A DNA stretch of 64,000 bases from Desulfotomaculum sp. (GTDB taxonomy: Bacteria > Bacillota > Desulfotomaculia > Desulfotomaculales > Nap2-2B): assembly GCA_003513005.1 (NCBI GenBank), contig DOTD01000017.1:758-64757 (forward strand), given 5' to 3'. Position numbers and translations under genes: made by a program. Positions within the stretch are counted from its first letter, which is position 1; every line of letters begins with the position of its first letter. Under the pieces are notes generated by a model that saw only the letters and a list, made by a program, of their open reading frames with translations, was not told the DNA's origin and made no database searches. This document shows, in pieces, positions 1 to 9,575 of the stretch.

Positions 1-37
1 TTAAAAAACAGGCATGTCCCAACCAGGATATTTTCAA
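1..37 (-). CDS. MBL-fold metallo-hydrolase (UPF0173-like), N-terminal fragment running off the window
   Basis: Manual translation: SD GGGAGG, then TTG at 37 giving MKISWLGHACFL, the typical MK(I)xWLGHAC start of this family. Confidence 0.7.
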   Translation of the reverse strand, partial: MKISWLGHACFL

Positions 38-153
38 TTCTAACTACCTCCCTTGAGGAAACAATATTCTTTGGAACATTCTTCGTTATACACAAAATTC
101 CTTCATCTGAAAATAAGATTTTCATAATTTTTGGCGCCGCTGGCGGCATGTGG

Positions 154-185
154 AACTATCCTGAAAATCGATGTTCATTAGGGAG
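154..185. repeat. Partial copy of dispersed repeat (AACTATCCTGAAAA-N11-TAGGGAG)
   Basis: Shares both conserved blocks with the copies at 12901-12963 and 49302-49433. Confidence 0.6.
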
Positions 186-187
186 TT

Positions 188-1519
188 TTAGCAGTAATTA
201 TCCAGCCATTTGCCTTCCAGATGGGTAAGCTTCCCTTCCGTTATTTCAACTTCTGCGATTTTTCCATTTAGATAATGTGGTCCCGGAAATATAACCGTCT
301 TGTTGGAACGCGTCCGGCCGCTTAAAAGTTGGTTGTTTGTCTTGCTTGTCCCTTCAACAAGTAGCCAGTGTTTTTTTCCAACTTCCCGCAGATTTATTTC
401 TTTGCTTATTTTGTTTTGAAGATCAACTAAGACTTTAATTCTTTTACTTTTTACATGATCAGGGATCTGTCCTTCCATTGAAGCTGCCGGTGTTCCCTGG
501 CGCTTGTTGTAGACAAAGGTGAAAGCGCTGTCGAAACGTATTCTTTCGATTAAGTCCAACGTATCCTGAAAATCCTGATCGCTTTCACCGGGAAATCCAA
601 TCATGATATCAGTTGTAACGGAAACGCCAGGAATGCTTCGCCGGATTGATTCCACAAGGTTAATATAATGTTCCCTGGTATATCCCCTATTCATCCTCTT
701 CAGAATGTGGTTGCTTCCGGCTTGTACAGGCAGGTGAATGTGTTCGCATATCTTTTCGCAGCTTGAGATAGTTTCAATAAGTCGCTGGTTAAAATCACGC
801 GGGTGTGATGTTACAAATCTAATTCTGTCAAGACCGCTTATTTTGTTAACCTCAGTAAGAAGTCCTGCAAAATCTGAAGGCTGTTCCAAATCCTTTCCAT
901 AAGAATTAACATTCTGGCCAAGAAGGGTAATTTCTCTGTAACCATGGGCGATCAGGTCTTTTACCTCTGAAATAATATGTCCAGGCTGGCGGCTGCGTTC
1001 GTTTCGCCGTACATAGGGGACAATACAGTAAGTGCAATAGTTATTGCAGCCGTAAGTAACAACCACCCAGGCACGGAAGCCGCTTGCCCTCTTAATCGGA
1101 AGCCCTTCAATAACAGGGTTAATTTGGTGTGAGAGTTGTAAAACTGTTTTTTGACTGTCCTGTGCAGTTTTTAAAAGTTCCGTAAAGTTATGATAGTTTT
1201 CAGTTCCATAGATAAGATCTACAAAAGGAAAACGATTTTTAATCTTTTCCGCTGTCCGTTCCTGCTGAGTCATACATCCGCCTATGCCTATAAATAATGC
1301 TGGTTTTTCATATTTGAGCTTCCGGAGTCTTCCCAACAGGCCATATATTTTGTTTTCAGCGGTTTCCCTTACGCAACAAGTATTTATTAACAGAATATCT
1401 GCCTGTTCCTTATTTTCAGCGGCTGTGTAACCGATGTTTTCCAGGATACCTGCCATAACTTCGGAGTCGTGCATATTCATTTGGCAGCCAAAAGTAAGGA
1501 TGAAATATTTTAATGGCAT
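188..1519 (-). CDS. miaB: tRNA methylthiotransferase MiaB (radical SAM, TRAM domain)
   Basis: TFGCQMNMHDSE N-terminus, CNNYCTYC radical-SAM motif, C-terminal TRAM domain. ATG at 1519 preferred; GTG at 1564 is the alternative. Confidence 0.95.
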   Translation of the reverse strand: MPLKYFILTFGCQMNMHDSEVMAGILENIGYTAAENKEQADILLINTCCVRETAENKIYGLLGRLRKLKYEKPALFIGIGGCMTQQERTAEKIKNRFPFVDLIYGTENYHNFTELLKTAQDSQKTVLQLSHQINPVIEGLPIKRASGFRAWVVVTYGCNNYCTYCIVPYVRRNERSRQPGHIISEVKDLIAHGYREITLLGQNVNSYGKDLEQPSDFAGLLTEVNKISGLDRIRFVTSHPRDFNQRLIETISSCEKICEHIHLPVQAGSNHILKRMNRGYTREHYINLVESIRRSIPGVSVTTDIMIGFPGESDQDFQDTLDLIERIRFDSAFTFVYNKRQGTPAASMEGQIPDHVKSKRIKVLVDLQNKISKEINLREVGKKHWLLVEGTSKTNNQLLSGRTRSNKTVIFPGPHYLNGKIAEVEITEGKLTHLEGKWLDNYC

Positions 1520-1587
1520 ATCCTGTATATTCTTCTTTAAGATGATTGCTTCTCTCCTTTTCACAGATCAATATGTTGAATGCAAAT

Positions 1588-1613
1588 AACTATCTTGAAA
1601 ATTAATTTACTCT
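1588..1613. repeat. Truncated copy of dispersed repeat terminus
   Basis: AACTATCTTGAAAATTAATTTACTCT versus AATATCCTGAAAATTAACTTGCTCT at 12901. Confidence 0.5.
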
Positions 1614-2330
1614 TTATAGAATACCCAGTTTATCAAGTATATCAGCAAGTATTTCCATTGTGATTGGTTTATTTTTTTCAAAATGTTCGGTTAGTTTTGC
1701 TTTTCTGATCAGTTTTACAAGAGGAGTTTCCTGGTATGAATAATCTAAATCCGGTAAAAGCTGAAGATTAACGCCGAGGAAAGAGGCAATTCCGCTGGCA
1801 ATAGCCCATCCCGCCCTTTCCTGAAAATCATCAGTTTTTAACAAGGTCTCTTCCTGCGGGTTGGTAATAAATGCTACTTCAACCTGTGCGGAAGGGCATT
1901 TTGTGTGGCGTAAAACTGCCAGATCCGCCTCTTTTAAACCCCTGTTCAGCAAACCCAGAGCGGGAGAAAGCCTGTTGTTTATATTTGCTGCAAGCAGCTT
2001 ACCCTTTTCGTTGCCGGTATAGTAATAAGTTTCCACTCCGTGATCTTGTTCTTCTATGGAGCTGTTACAGTGAATGGAGACTAAACAGGCTGCGTTAATA
2101 CTGTCCGACATACTCGCTCGGGCAATCTGATCAGCCATTGAGTTTCTTGTAAGGGCTTTATCTTCCGTACGCGTGAGGTAAACATCTACTGTGGAAGACA
2201 GATATAACTGTGTCTTTTTAGCAATAGACAAAGCAACCTGGGATTCATTTGTACCATTTGGACCTATCGCACCCTTGTCATAACCACCATGTCCGGGATC
2301 AAGAACAACGGTTAATCCTTGAACAGGCAT
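1614..2330 (-). CDS. N-acetylmuramoyl-L-alanine amidase (Amidase_3)
   Basis: LDPGHGG, SIHCNS and EVAFITN zinc-ligand motifs. Confidence 0.9.
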   Translation of the reverse strand: MPVQGLTVVLDPGHGGYDKGAIGPNGTNESQVALSIAKKTQLYLSSTVDVYLTRTEDKALTRNSMADQIARASMSDSINAACLVSIHCNSSIEEQDHGVETYYYTGNEKGKLLAANINNRLSPALGLLNRGLKEADLAVLRHTKCPSAQVEVAFITNPQEETLLKTDDFQERAGWAIASGIASFLGVNLQLLPDLDYSYQETPLVKLIRKAKLTEHFEKNKPITMEILADILDKLGIL

Positions 2331-2357
2331 TAATTAATCCACTTCCCTAAGAAAGAG

Positions 2358-2372
2358 AGCTATCCTGAAAAA
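2358..2372. repeat. Terminal motif of dispersed repeat (AGCTATCCTGAAAAA)
   Basis: Only the short terminal motif is present, just upstream of the amidase SD. Confidence 0.4.
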
Positions 2373-2377
2373 TGGCG

Positions 2378-2575
2378 CTATTTTTGTGTTTCCTTTTCTT
2401 GAACAGGATCATTTTCACCGTAAAACAGCTTCATGCATGTGGTGCAGTAAAAGCGGTAAGTTGGTGAGTCTCCTCCAATAAAACAATGCGAGTTTTCTTT
2501 ATAAATAGGCAGGGAACAACCATAACAAAGTATAAAAGGGATGACCTTTGTTTTCCCTGCATATTCGAAATTCAA
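2378..2575 (-). CDS. Small hypothetical protein with two CxxC pairs (possible zinc ribbon)
   Basis: 65 aa with CYGC and CTTC. The TTG start overlaps the TGA of an upstream SD-led 6-codon ORF (2572-2592). Confidence 0.45.
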   Translation of the reverse strand: MNFEYAGKTKVIPFILCYGCSLPIYKENSHCFIGGDSPTYRFYCTTCMKLFYGENDPVQEKETQK

Positions 2576-2806
2576 TCCTTTGACAGATTCATCCGTTTAA
2601 ATCATCCCCTTTTCTTAACCGTTATTTGCCCCGGCTGCCAGGAGTTGCATTTGTTGCTAGCGTCAATATATACAAAAGAAACCTCTTTTGTTACTACAAA
2701 AATAAAAATGCAATTCTTGACGGAGCCGGTGTGATTAATTATTTTCTTTGAAAGTCACTTTTATCCTGCGTTATTTTAAAAATAATTTAATACGTGCTTT
2801 CTTTAT

Positions 2807-2833
2807 AAAAAAACCGCCTTTTAAACGGCGGTT
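2807..2833 (-). terminator. Intrinsic terminator after aroF
   Basis: Minus strand AACCGCC-GTTTAAAA-GGCGGTT followed by a T tract. Confidence 0.85.
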
Positions 2834-2862
2834 AACAATTTACTGATCTACTGCTTTGTTAT

Positions 2863-3879
2863 TTAAAGATTCTTTCCCATTACCTTGGCAATATTACGCA
2901 AATCAGCCATCATAGCGGCGAATTTTACCGGGTTAAGTGATTGCGGACCATCACACCAGGCTGTCTCGGGACTTACATGAACTTCAATTATAAGCCCGTC
3001 CGCTCCGGAAGCTATGGCAGCACGAGACATTGCCGGTACAAATCTCCACTTTCCAATCCCATGGCTGGGATCGGCAACAACCGGAAGGTGGCTTAAATGT
3101 TTGACTACGGGAATAGCACAGAGATCCAGGGTGTTGCGTGTATAAGTATCAAAACTGCGTATACCGCGCTCGCACATAATTACGTTATGATTTCCGCCGG
3201 CCATAATATACTCCGCCGCCATAAGCCATTCTTCTATAGTGGCTGACAGACCCCTTTTAAGAAGGACTGGTTTATTAACAGAAGAGACTTCCTTTAACAA
3301 AACGAAGTTCTGCATATTACGGGCGCCGATTTGTATTATGTCGGTATACTCATTGACTACTTCCACAGTGCGCGTATCCATTACTTCAGTAACAATATAA
3401 AGACCTGTGGCTTCCCTGGCCTCAGCGAGCAGCTTGAGTCCTTCCTCCTCCAATCCCTGAAAAGAATATGGCGATGTCCGGGGTTTAAAGGCGCCGCCGC
3501 GCAGAATAGTAGCGCCTGCCTCTTTAACCTGCCAGGCTGTTTCAAAAAGCTGTTCCCGGCTTTCAACGGCGCATGGCCCTGCCATTATATGGATCGTATC
3601 GCCACCTATAACCAGATTCCCTACCTTTACTGAGGAATCCTCTTGTTTGAAAGACCTGCTGGCCATTTTAAACGGCTGAAGAATGGGAATGATTTTTTCT
3701 ACCCCAGGCATTACTTCCAGACTGAGGACTTCGGGATAATTACGCTTGTCTCCAACAACGCCGATTAATGTTTGCTCCATACCGCGTGAAACATGCGCCT
3801 GTAATCCAGCGTTTTCGACCCGTCTGACAACATCGTCGATCTGTTCCTCTTTCGCCCCGTTAACCATAACAACAATCAT
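2863..3879 (-). CDS. aroF: DAHP synthase type I-beta with N-terminal ferredoxin-like regulatory domain
   Basis: [32 protein letters not shown] and DPSHG motifs; SD-supported ATG at 3879. Confidence 0.93.
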   Translation of the reverse strand: MIVVMVNGAKEEQIDDVVRRVENAGLQAHVSRGMEQTLIGVVGDKRNYPEVLSLEVMPGVEKIIPILQPFKMASRSFKQEDSSVKVGNLVIGGDTIHIMAGPCAVESREQLFETAWQVKEAGATILRGGAFKPRTSPYSFQGLEEEGLKLLAEAREATGLYIVTEVMDTRTVEVVNEYTDIIQIGARNMQNFVLLKEVSSVNKPVLLKRGLSATIEEWLMAAEYIMAGGNHNVIMCERGIRSFDTYTRNTLDLCAIPVVKHLSHLPVVADPSHGIGKWRFVPAMSRAAIASGADGLIIEVHVSPETAWCDGPQSLNPVKFAAMMADLRNIAKVMGKNL

Positions 3880-3992
3880 TTCTCCAACCTCTTCCCGTAT
3901 GCTCTTTTTTCTCTGTCTATATAATGTTAGCATAGCTGTTTCCCTCAAGCAATCTCTTTTTTATCAAGAAAGAGCCATCTTTATTTCTTTTA

Positions 3993-4610
3993 TTATAAGT
4001 GAGTTACCTCTTTCACCGAATTGATAAACTGCATAATTTTTACAAGATCTTTTTTTTGGTTTGTCTCGACCCCGCTGCTTACATCTACACCATCCGGCCT
4101 CACAGACAGGACAGCTTCTTTTACATTGGATTGATTAAGTCCTCCCGCTAAAATCACCGGTTTTGTCCTGTTTAAGGATTCAAGGGATTTCCAGTCAAAG
4201 ACTTCACCTGTCCCGCCTGCCTTGCCCGGTAAGAAGGTATCAATAAGAACGGCGTCGGCGGGGTAAGAATCTATTAAACCGAATAGAGGGCTTTGAACGT
4301 TGAAGGCCTTGATAACCTTACAGTTACCGTTAATCTGCCGGCAGTATTCCTGTGATTCATCGCCATGCAGCTGAGCAATATCCAGGCGGCAAAACTCTAT
4401 TATTTGTTGAACTTCCTTAATTGTTGAATTAACAAATACACCGGCTTTTAAGACCCTTGATGGAAGCTCCAGGGAAATTAGGCGGGCCGCTTCCGGTGCA
4501 ATCCTTCTTATACTGGGCGCAAAAACAAAACCCAGCGCATCTGCGCCGGCTTCCGCTGAATAAAGGGCGGTTTCCAAATCAGTTATCCCGCAAATCTTTA
4601 CCCAGACCAT
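3993..4610 (-). CDS. trpF: Phosphoribosylanthranilate isomerase
   Basis: VKICGIT, QLHGDE, GGTG and LAGGL/GVDVSSGVE motifs. Confidence 0.95.
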   Translation of the reverse strand: MVWVKICGITDLETALYSAEAGADALGFVFAPSIRRIAPEAARLISLELPSRVLKAGVFVNSTIKEVQQIIEFCRLDIAQLHGDESQEYCRQINGNCKVIKAFNVQSPLFGLIDSYPADAVLIDTFLPGKAGGTGEVFDWKSLESLNRTKPVILAGGLNQSNVKEAVLSVRPDGVDVSSGVETNQKKDLVKIMQFINSVKEVTHL

Positions 4611-4611
4611 A

Positions 4612-5403
4612 TCAATATACTCCTGTCAGTTCTTTTACTTTTGCTTTAATATTTTCACTGCGCATTAAAACTTCACCAACCAGGACAGCGTCTATTTTAT
4701 TGCGATACAGCTCATCAACCTGCGGCCTGCTGCTTATTCCGCTTTCGCTGACTACTACTGTGGATTGATCAGTTATATAGCGCCGCAGATTAAAAGTAAC
4801 ATTTAGATCAATTTCAAACGTTTTTAAATCCCGGTTGTTAATACCGATTAAAGAGGCGCCTGAATCTAAGGCCATTTGAAGTTCTTCCTTATTATGGACT
4901 TCTACAAGGCACTCCAGGTTCAACTCTGACGCCAGTTTTTGAAAAAAGACAAGTTCATACTTATTAAGAACTGCGACAATCAGCAGCAGGGCGTCTCCTC
5001 CAAGTACTCTCGTTTCATATATCTGATATGGGTCAATAATAAAGTCCTTGCGCAAAACAGGCAATTCTGTTCTTGAACGAACCGCTTGAAGATAATCCGG
5101 CTTTCCATAAAAAAACTTCTCTTCGGTAATTACGGAAATGGCGGAAACTCCGCTGAGGGTGAAGTCATCTGTAATCTCTTCCAGATTAAAATCAGGACGG
5201 ATCATTCCTTTTGAAGGAGATGCCTTTTTAATCTCAGCCAGAATTGATACTCTGCCTTGCTTTCTAAGGGCGGCTTTTAATGACCTGCATGGCGGCATGC
5301 CTTTCAGACTACTTAAAAGTGAATCTAAAGGGCGCCTTTCTTTAATTGTTTTTAGATCATGCCTTTTTTGAGAAATAATCTGTTCCAGAATCACTGACTG
5401 CAC
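4612..5403 (-). CDS. trpC: Indole-3-glycerol phosphate synthase
   Basis: AEIKKASPSKG, LRKDFIIDPYQ and GINNRDL motifs. Confidence 0.95.
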   Translation of the reverse strand: MQSVILEQIISQKRHDLKTIKERRPLDSLLSSLKGMPPCRSLKAALRKQGRVSILAEIKKASPSKGMIRPDFNLEEITDDFTLSGVSAISVITEEKFFYGKPDYLQAVRSRTELPVLRKDFIIDPYQIYETRVLGGDALLLIVAVLNKYELVFFQKLASELNLECLVEVHNKEELQMALDSGASLIGINNRDLKTFEIDLNVTFNLRRYITDQSTVVVSESGISSRPQVDELYRNKIDAVLVGEVLMRSENIKAKVKELTGVY

Positions 5404-6443
5404 ACCTGTTCTTTCGCTGAATTGGTAAACCTGATCAGATGCTGAAGTTTCTTCAACGCAGAACCGTTTGATATGCTTTCTGCCGCCAGATCCAGCCCTT
5501 CGGATAGATCTTTCGCTAACCCGGACGCCATCATCCCAAAAGCCGCATTAATAAGAACGGCATTTGTGCGCGGGCCGCGTTCCCCATGTAAAATAGATAA
5601 GGTATACGCGGCGTTTTCAGATGGAGATCCACCGAAAAGCTCCTTTACCGGAGATTTCGGCAAGCCGTATTTTTCGGGATCAACAGTATATTCACTTATC
5701 TTTTCGTTGTTTATTTCACATACATAGGCGGGTCCGGAAAGGGAAATTTCATCAACTCCCTGAGCGCCGTGGATGACAAAGGAATGATCAGTGCCTAAAC
5801 GGGCAAGCACACCGCCCAGCTTTGTTGTAAGTTCACGATTATATACTCCCAGCACCTGAGCTTTTGCCCCGGCAGGATTGGTCAATGGGCCCAAAACATT
5901 AAAAACCGTACGGATTCCGATTTCCCGGCGCGGCCCCGCAACGTGCTTCATCGCCGAGTGCATTAACGGCGCAAACAGGAAAGCAATACCTGTTTCTTCA
6001 AGGCAGGACTCGATTTGGTCCGGCTCCAGGTCAATGCGGACATTCAGAGCCTCAAGGAGATCAGCCGAACCGCATTTGCTGGAGACGGAACGATTGCCAT
6101 GTTTTGCAACCGGGGCTCCAGCGCCGGCTACTACGAAGGCAGCAGTGGTTGAAATATTAAAGGTGTTGGCGCCGTCTCCGCCTGTTCCGCAGGTATCGAC
6201 AACGACCGGATATTTAGTGTTAATGCGGGTCGCCTTTTTGCGCATTACTTTCACAAAACCGGTAATCTCTTCAATAGTTTCTCCTTTTAATCTTAATGAG
6301 ACCAAAAGCGCTGCTATCTGCGCGGAGGTAGCCTGGCCTTCCATAATTGCTTCCATAACATTTTCAGACTGGCTTTCCGTCAGGTCTTTACCGGCTGTAA
6401 GGTATTCAATTGCTTCCTTGATTATCGAAATATCCTGAGACAT
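5391..6443 (-). CDS. trpD: Anthranilate phosphoribosyltransferase
   Basis: [13 protein letters not shown] and [15 protein letters not shown] motifs; strong SD before ATG at 6443. Confidence 0.95.
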   Translation of the reverse strand: MSQDISIIKEAIEYLTAGKDLTESQSENVMEAIMEGQATSAQIAALLVSLRLKGETIEEITGFVKVMRKKATRINTKYPVVVDTCGTGGDGANTFNISTTAAFVVAGAGAPVAKHGNRSVSSKCGSADLLEALNVRIDLEPDQIESCLEETGIAFLFAPLMHSAMKHVAGPRREIGIRTVFNVLGPLTNPAGAKAQVLGVYNRELTTKLGGVLARLGTDHSFVIHGAQGVDEISLSGPAYVCEINNEKISEYTVDPEKYGLPKSPVKELFGGSPSENAAYTLSILHGERGPRTNAVLINAAFGMMASGLAKDLSEGLDLAAESISNGSALKKLQHLIRFTNSAKEQVCSQ

Positions 6444-7032
6444 CTTTATCTCTTCCTCCTTTGGTATGGTTGTTAATAAAATTGCGCAGCAGGTCAAGGC
6501 CGTGCTCGGTTAAAATCGATTCCGGATGGAACTGAACACCTTCGACCGGCAGTTCCTTATGCCGCAGTCCCATTATTTCACCTTCTGAGGTCCAGGCGCT
6601 AACCGCCAGGCAGGAGGGGAGATTCTCATTTGAGACCATCAAGGAATGATAACGGGTTGCCTGAAACGGGGACGGTATACCTTTGTAAATTCCCCCGCCA
6701 TCGTGGTAGATTAAAGATGTTTTCCCGTGCATCAAACGTCCGGCGTTGACAACACGCCCGCCAAAAGCCTGGCCGATAGCCTGATGCCCAAGGCAGACAC
6801 CCAGTATGGGTATACGGCCGGCTAACTTACTGATTACATCAAGTGAGATTCCTGCTTGATCGGGCGAACCGGGACCCGGAGAGATAACGATGTGGGTTGG
6901 ATTTATTTGTTTCAACTGCGGCAGATTAATCTGGTCGTTGCGCCAAACGCCCACTTCTACCTTTAATTGTCCGAAATATTGAACCAGGTTGAAGGTAAAT
7001 GAGTCGTAGTTATCAATCATTACCAGCAACAA
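6406..7032 (-). CDS. trpG: Anthranilate synthase component II (glutamine amidotransferase)
   Basis: [20 protein letters not shown] and QFHPES motifs; SD plus TTG start. Confidence 0.95.
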   Translation of the reverse strand: MLLVMIDNYDSFTFNLVQYFGQLKVEVGVWRNDQINLPQLKQINPTHIVISPGPGSPDQAGISLDVISKLAGRIPILGVCLGHQAIGQAFGGRVVNAGRLMHGKTSLIYHDGGGIYKGIPSPFQATRYHSLMVSNENLPSCLAVSAWTSEGEIMGLRHKELPVEGVQFHPESILTEHGLDLLRNFINNHTKGGRDKDVSGYFDNQGSN

Positions 7033-7050
7033 TAGCGCCTCCTTTTGTGG

Positions 7051-7112
7051 TAAATTAATTTTTGCTTTAGGGGGGTCAACTGCCTACATGCCAAGATATT
7101 GACCCCTTTTTT
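7051..7112. repeat. Internal fragment of dispersed repeat, rearranged into a hairpin between trpE and trpG
   Basis: 7068-7091 matches the reverse complement of 49386-49409 at 22/24 nt. The GGGGTCAA...TTGACCCC hairpin has its T6 tract on the plus (antisense) strand. Confidence 0.65.
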
Positions 7113-7127
7113 GATGAATTATCCCTT

Positions 7128-8603
7128 TTATGAAAGAGCAATAGTCTGGAATAATGCCTGAGCCTTATTAACAGTTTCCTGATACTCTTTTTCAGGTTCT
7201 GAGTCGGCGACAATTCCTGCTCCTGCCTGAATATACGCATAATTCCGGTGAAATAAAATAGTCCTGATTGTGATTGCGGAGTCCAGATTGCCATTATAGC
7301 CAAAATACCCGACCGCTCCTGCATAAGGTCCCCGTTTTGACGGTTCAAGTTCATCGATAATTTCCATAGCCCTTACTTTAGGAGCGCCGGAAACCGTTCC
7401 TGCCGGGAAACATGACTTTAATGCGTCAAACGCAGTAAGACCAGGGGAAAGTTTACCGCGGACAGCGGATACCAAATGCATTACATGCGAATATTTTTCT
7501 ACTTCCATGAACTGAGGGACCTCGACCGTTCCAGGTTTGCAAACACGTCCCAGGTCGTTTCGTCCCAAATCGACAAGCATAATATGTTCCGCTTTTTCTT
7601 TAGGGTCGTCTAAAAGTTCCAGACTTAATTTTTCGTCCTCCAGGTGAGTGGCGCCGCGTGGTCTTGTTCCCGCTATCGGTCTGGTTTCAACTTCATCTTC
7701 CTCAACGCGCGCCAGCATTTCCGGTGAGGAACTGGCTATAACCAAATCTCCGAAATCAATATAATAAAGATATGGAGAGGGATTTATTGAACGCAAACGA
7801 CGGTAAGTTTGAAAAGGATTACCTTCAAAGGGAAGACGGAAACGCTGCGAAAGCACGACTTGAAGAATGTCTCCGCTTCTGATATATTCTTTTGCTTTAA
7901 CCACACCGTTTAGAAAAACTTCACGTTTCATATTGCTTTCAATGCCTGATACGCTTATTATTTCTTCATGTTTAGCTGTTAAAAAATCATTTTCACCAGG
8001 AACGGGCGCACTTATTTTTTTAAAAACCCGCTCAATTTTTTCCAGGGCCAGGGAATAAGACTTCTCCGGCGATCCATTTATAGTGTTGTTAACCACGATA
8101 CGAAGTGAATGGTGCAGGTGGTCAAAAATCAAAATTGTTCCGCAGAACATGAACATGCAATCACAAAGACCGAGATCAGCTTCTGCTGTATGTGGAAGCC
8201 GTTCAAGCCATTGGGACATTTCATAACCGAAATAGCCTACAGCTCCTCCAAAAAATCTTGGCATCACGGTCTGTACAGGTGTTATATAGGCGCTGAGGAG
8301 ATTATTTAGAATCTTGAAGGGATCACCTGTTACTTTCTTGATCTTCTCGCCTGAATTATTTTTGATCTGGCCGTGATTACCAAGGTGGCTGTATAGGATC
8401 TCCGGATCGAGACCAATAAAAGAATAGCGGGCAATCTTTTCCTTTCCTTCAACGCTTTCCAGAAGAAAAGACGGTCTTCCGTCAGCTGTTTTCCTGAACA
8501 ATGTTATTGGTGTTTCAGTGTCAACGGGGAATTCGCAGCTAACAGGAATCAGGTTGTAGAACTTGCTTAATTGGATGTACTCATTTAACACAGGCTCAAT
8601 CAA
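7128..8603 (-). CDS. trpE: Anthranilate synthase component I
   Basis: FLLESVEG, SPYLYY, RPIAGTRPRG, EHIMLVDLGRND and PAGTVSGAPK motifs. Confidence 0.95.
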   Translation of the reverse strand: MIEPVLNEYIQLSKFYNLIPVSCEFPVDTETPITLFRKTADGRPSFLLESVEGKEKIARYSFIGLDPEILYSHLGNHGQIKNNSGEKIKKVTGDPFKILNNLLSAYITPVQTVMPRFFGGAVGYFGYEMSQWLERLPHTAEADLGLCDCMFMFCGTILIFDHLHHSLRIVVNNTINGSPEKSYSLALEKIERVFKKISAPVPGENDFLTAKHEEIISVSGIESNMKREVFLNGVVKAKEYIRSGDILQVVLSQRFRLPFEGNPFQTYRRLRSINPSPYLYYIDFGDLVIASSSPEMLARVEEDEVETRPIAGTRPRGATHLEDEKLSLELLDDPKEKAEHIMLVDLGRNDLGRVCKPGTVEVPQFMEVEKYSHVMHLVSAVRGKLSPGLTAFDALKSCFPAGTVSGAPKVRAMEIIDELEPSKRGPYAGAVGYFGYNGNLDSAITIRTILFHRNYAYIQAGAGIVADSEPEKEYQETVNKAQALFQTIALS

Positions 8604-8633
8604 TATAGTTTTTCACCTCCTGTACAAAAATAG

Positions 8634-8689
8634 AAAAACCGACGTTCCAGACGAACATCGGTTTTGGGCAAAATAAAAAAACCATGCTC
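8634..8689 (-). terminator. trp leader attenuator: terminator 8634-8665 with overlapping antiterminator
   Basis: AAAACCGATGTTC-GTCTG-GAACGTCGGTTTTT hairpin. The upstream GAGCATGGTTTT can pair with the 5' arm of the terminator. Confidence 0.8.
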
Positions 8690-8723
8690 ATCTCATCTCA
8701 ACTAACTCTACTCAGCTAAACTA
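8687..8723 (-). promoter_or_regulatory. TRAP (MtrB) binding site: 8 (G/U)AG repeats
   Basis: Minus strand TAG tt TAG ct GAG ta GAG t TAG tt GAG at GAG at GAG. Confidence 0.8.
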
Positions 8724-8745
8724 GATAATTATTCAATTATAATAT

Positions 8746-8774
8746 ATTCTAATCATAAAAGAAACAAAAGTCAA
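8746..8774 (-). promoter_or_regulatory. sigmaA promoter of trp operon
   Basis: TTGACT-17 nt-TAGAAT. Confidence 0.75.
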
Positions 8775-8798
8775 TTGTTACTTGTTCTTAGACACCTT

Positions 8799-9443
8799 CT
8801 ACGCTTCACGTTTTTCAAGATATCTTTCCAGCTTTCGCTTAACTCTCTGCAGAGCGTTGTCAATTGATTTTACGTGACGTTTTAAGTCCTCGGCTATTTC
8901 CTGGTAGGACTTACCTTCCAGGTAAGACATAAGCACCTTCCATTCCAGAGAGCTTAGAATTTCACCCATCTTCTCTTCTATGTCATAATATTCTTCCCTG
9001 CTGATGATCATTTCTTCGGGATCTGCTACTTTGGAGCTGGAAATAATATCTAAAAGAGTGCGGTCAGAATCTTCCTCATAAACGGGTTTATTTAAGGATA
9101 CATAAGAATTTAGTGGAATGTGTTTTTGCCTTGTAGCCGTTTTGATGGCTGTAATTATCTGTCTTGTAATACATAATTCCGCAAAGGCCCGGAAGGATGA
9201 TAGCTTGTCCGTTCTAAAATCGCGGATAGCCTTATAAAGACCAATCATACCTTCCTGGATAATATCTTCCCGGTCTGCTCCTACTAAAAAATAGGAACGC
9301 GCTTTTGCCCGCACAAAATTCTTATATTTATTGATAAGGAATTCTAGGGCGCCATTATCACCTTCCCTGGCAAACTCAACTACTTCTTCGTCAATCATTA
9401 ACTGGTAAGAGGCGGCGATATCTCTTTGAACGCTTAGATTCAC
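8799..9443 (-). CDS. sigH: RNA polymerase sporulation sigma factor SigH
   Basis: QEGMIGLYKAIRDF, RQIITAIKTATRQKHIPLNSYVSL and KSIDNALQRVKRKL motifs. Confidence 0.97.
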   Translation of the reverse strand: MNLSVQRDIAASYQLMIDEEVVEFAREGDNGALEFLINKYKNFVRAKARSYFLVGADREDIIQEGMIGLYKAIRDFRTDKLSSFRAFAELCITRQIITAIKTATRQKHIPLNSYVSLNKPVYEEDSDRTLLDIISSSKVADPEEMIISREEYYDIEEKMGEILSSLEWKVLMSYLEGKSYQEIAEDLKRHVKSIDNALQRVKRKLERYLEKREA

Positions 9444-9533
9444 TATATCCCCCCACTTTAATTAACCTAATCTGTTAGTTAAATAATATGTAGTTATTGA
9501 GCTACCCTTGGACGAGCCTCATTGGCCTAGCCT

Positions 9534-9562
9534 ATTATAACGTAGGGTAAAAACTCAGTCAA
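9534..9562 (-). promoter_or_regulatory. sigmaA promoter of sigH
   Basis: TTGACT-17 nt-TATAAT. Confidence 0.8.
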
Positions 9563-9575
9563 GGAAAATTCCAAT

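Noticed and set aside
2642-2716. Inverted repeats upstream of the amidase region as a c-di-AMP or c-di-GMP riboswitch
   Set aside because: GAGTTGCATTT/AAATGCAATTC and an inner hairpin are present, but none of the conserved riboswitch motifs could be found.
8604-8790. T-box leader for trp
   Set aside because: Too short, with no T-box or specifier motifs. The NAG array explains the leader better.
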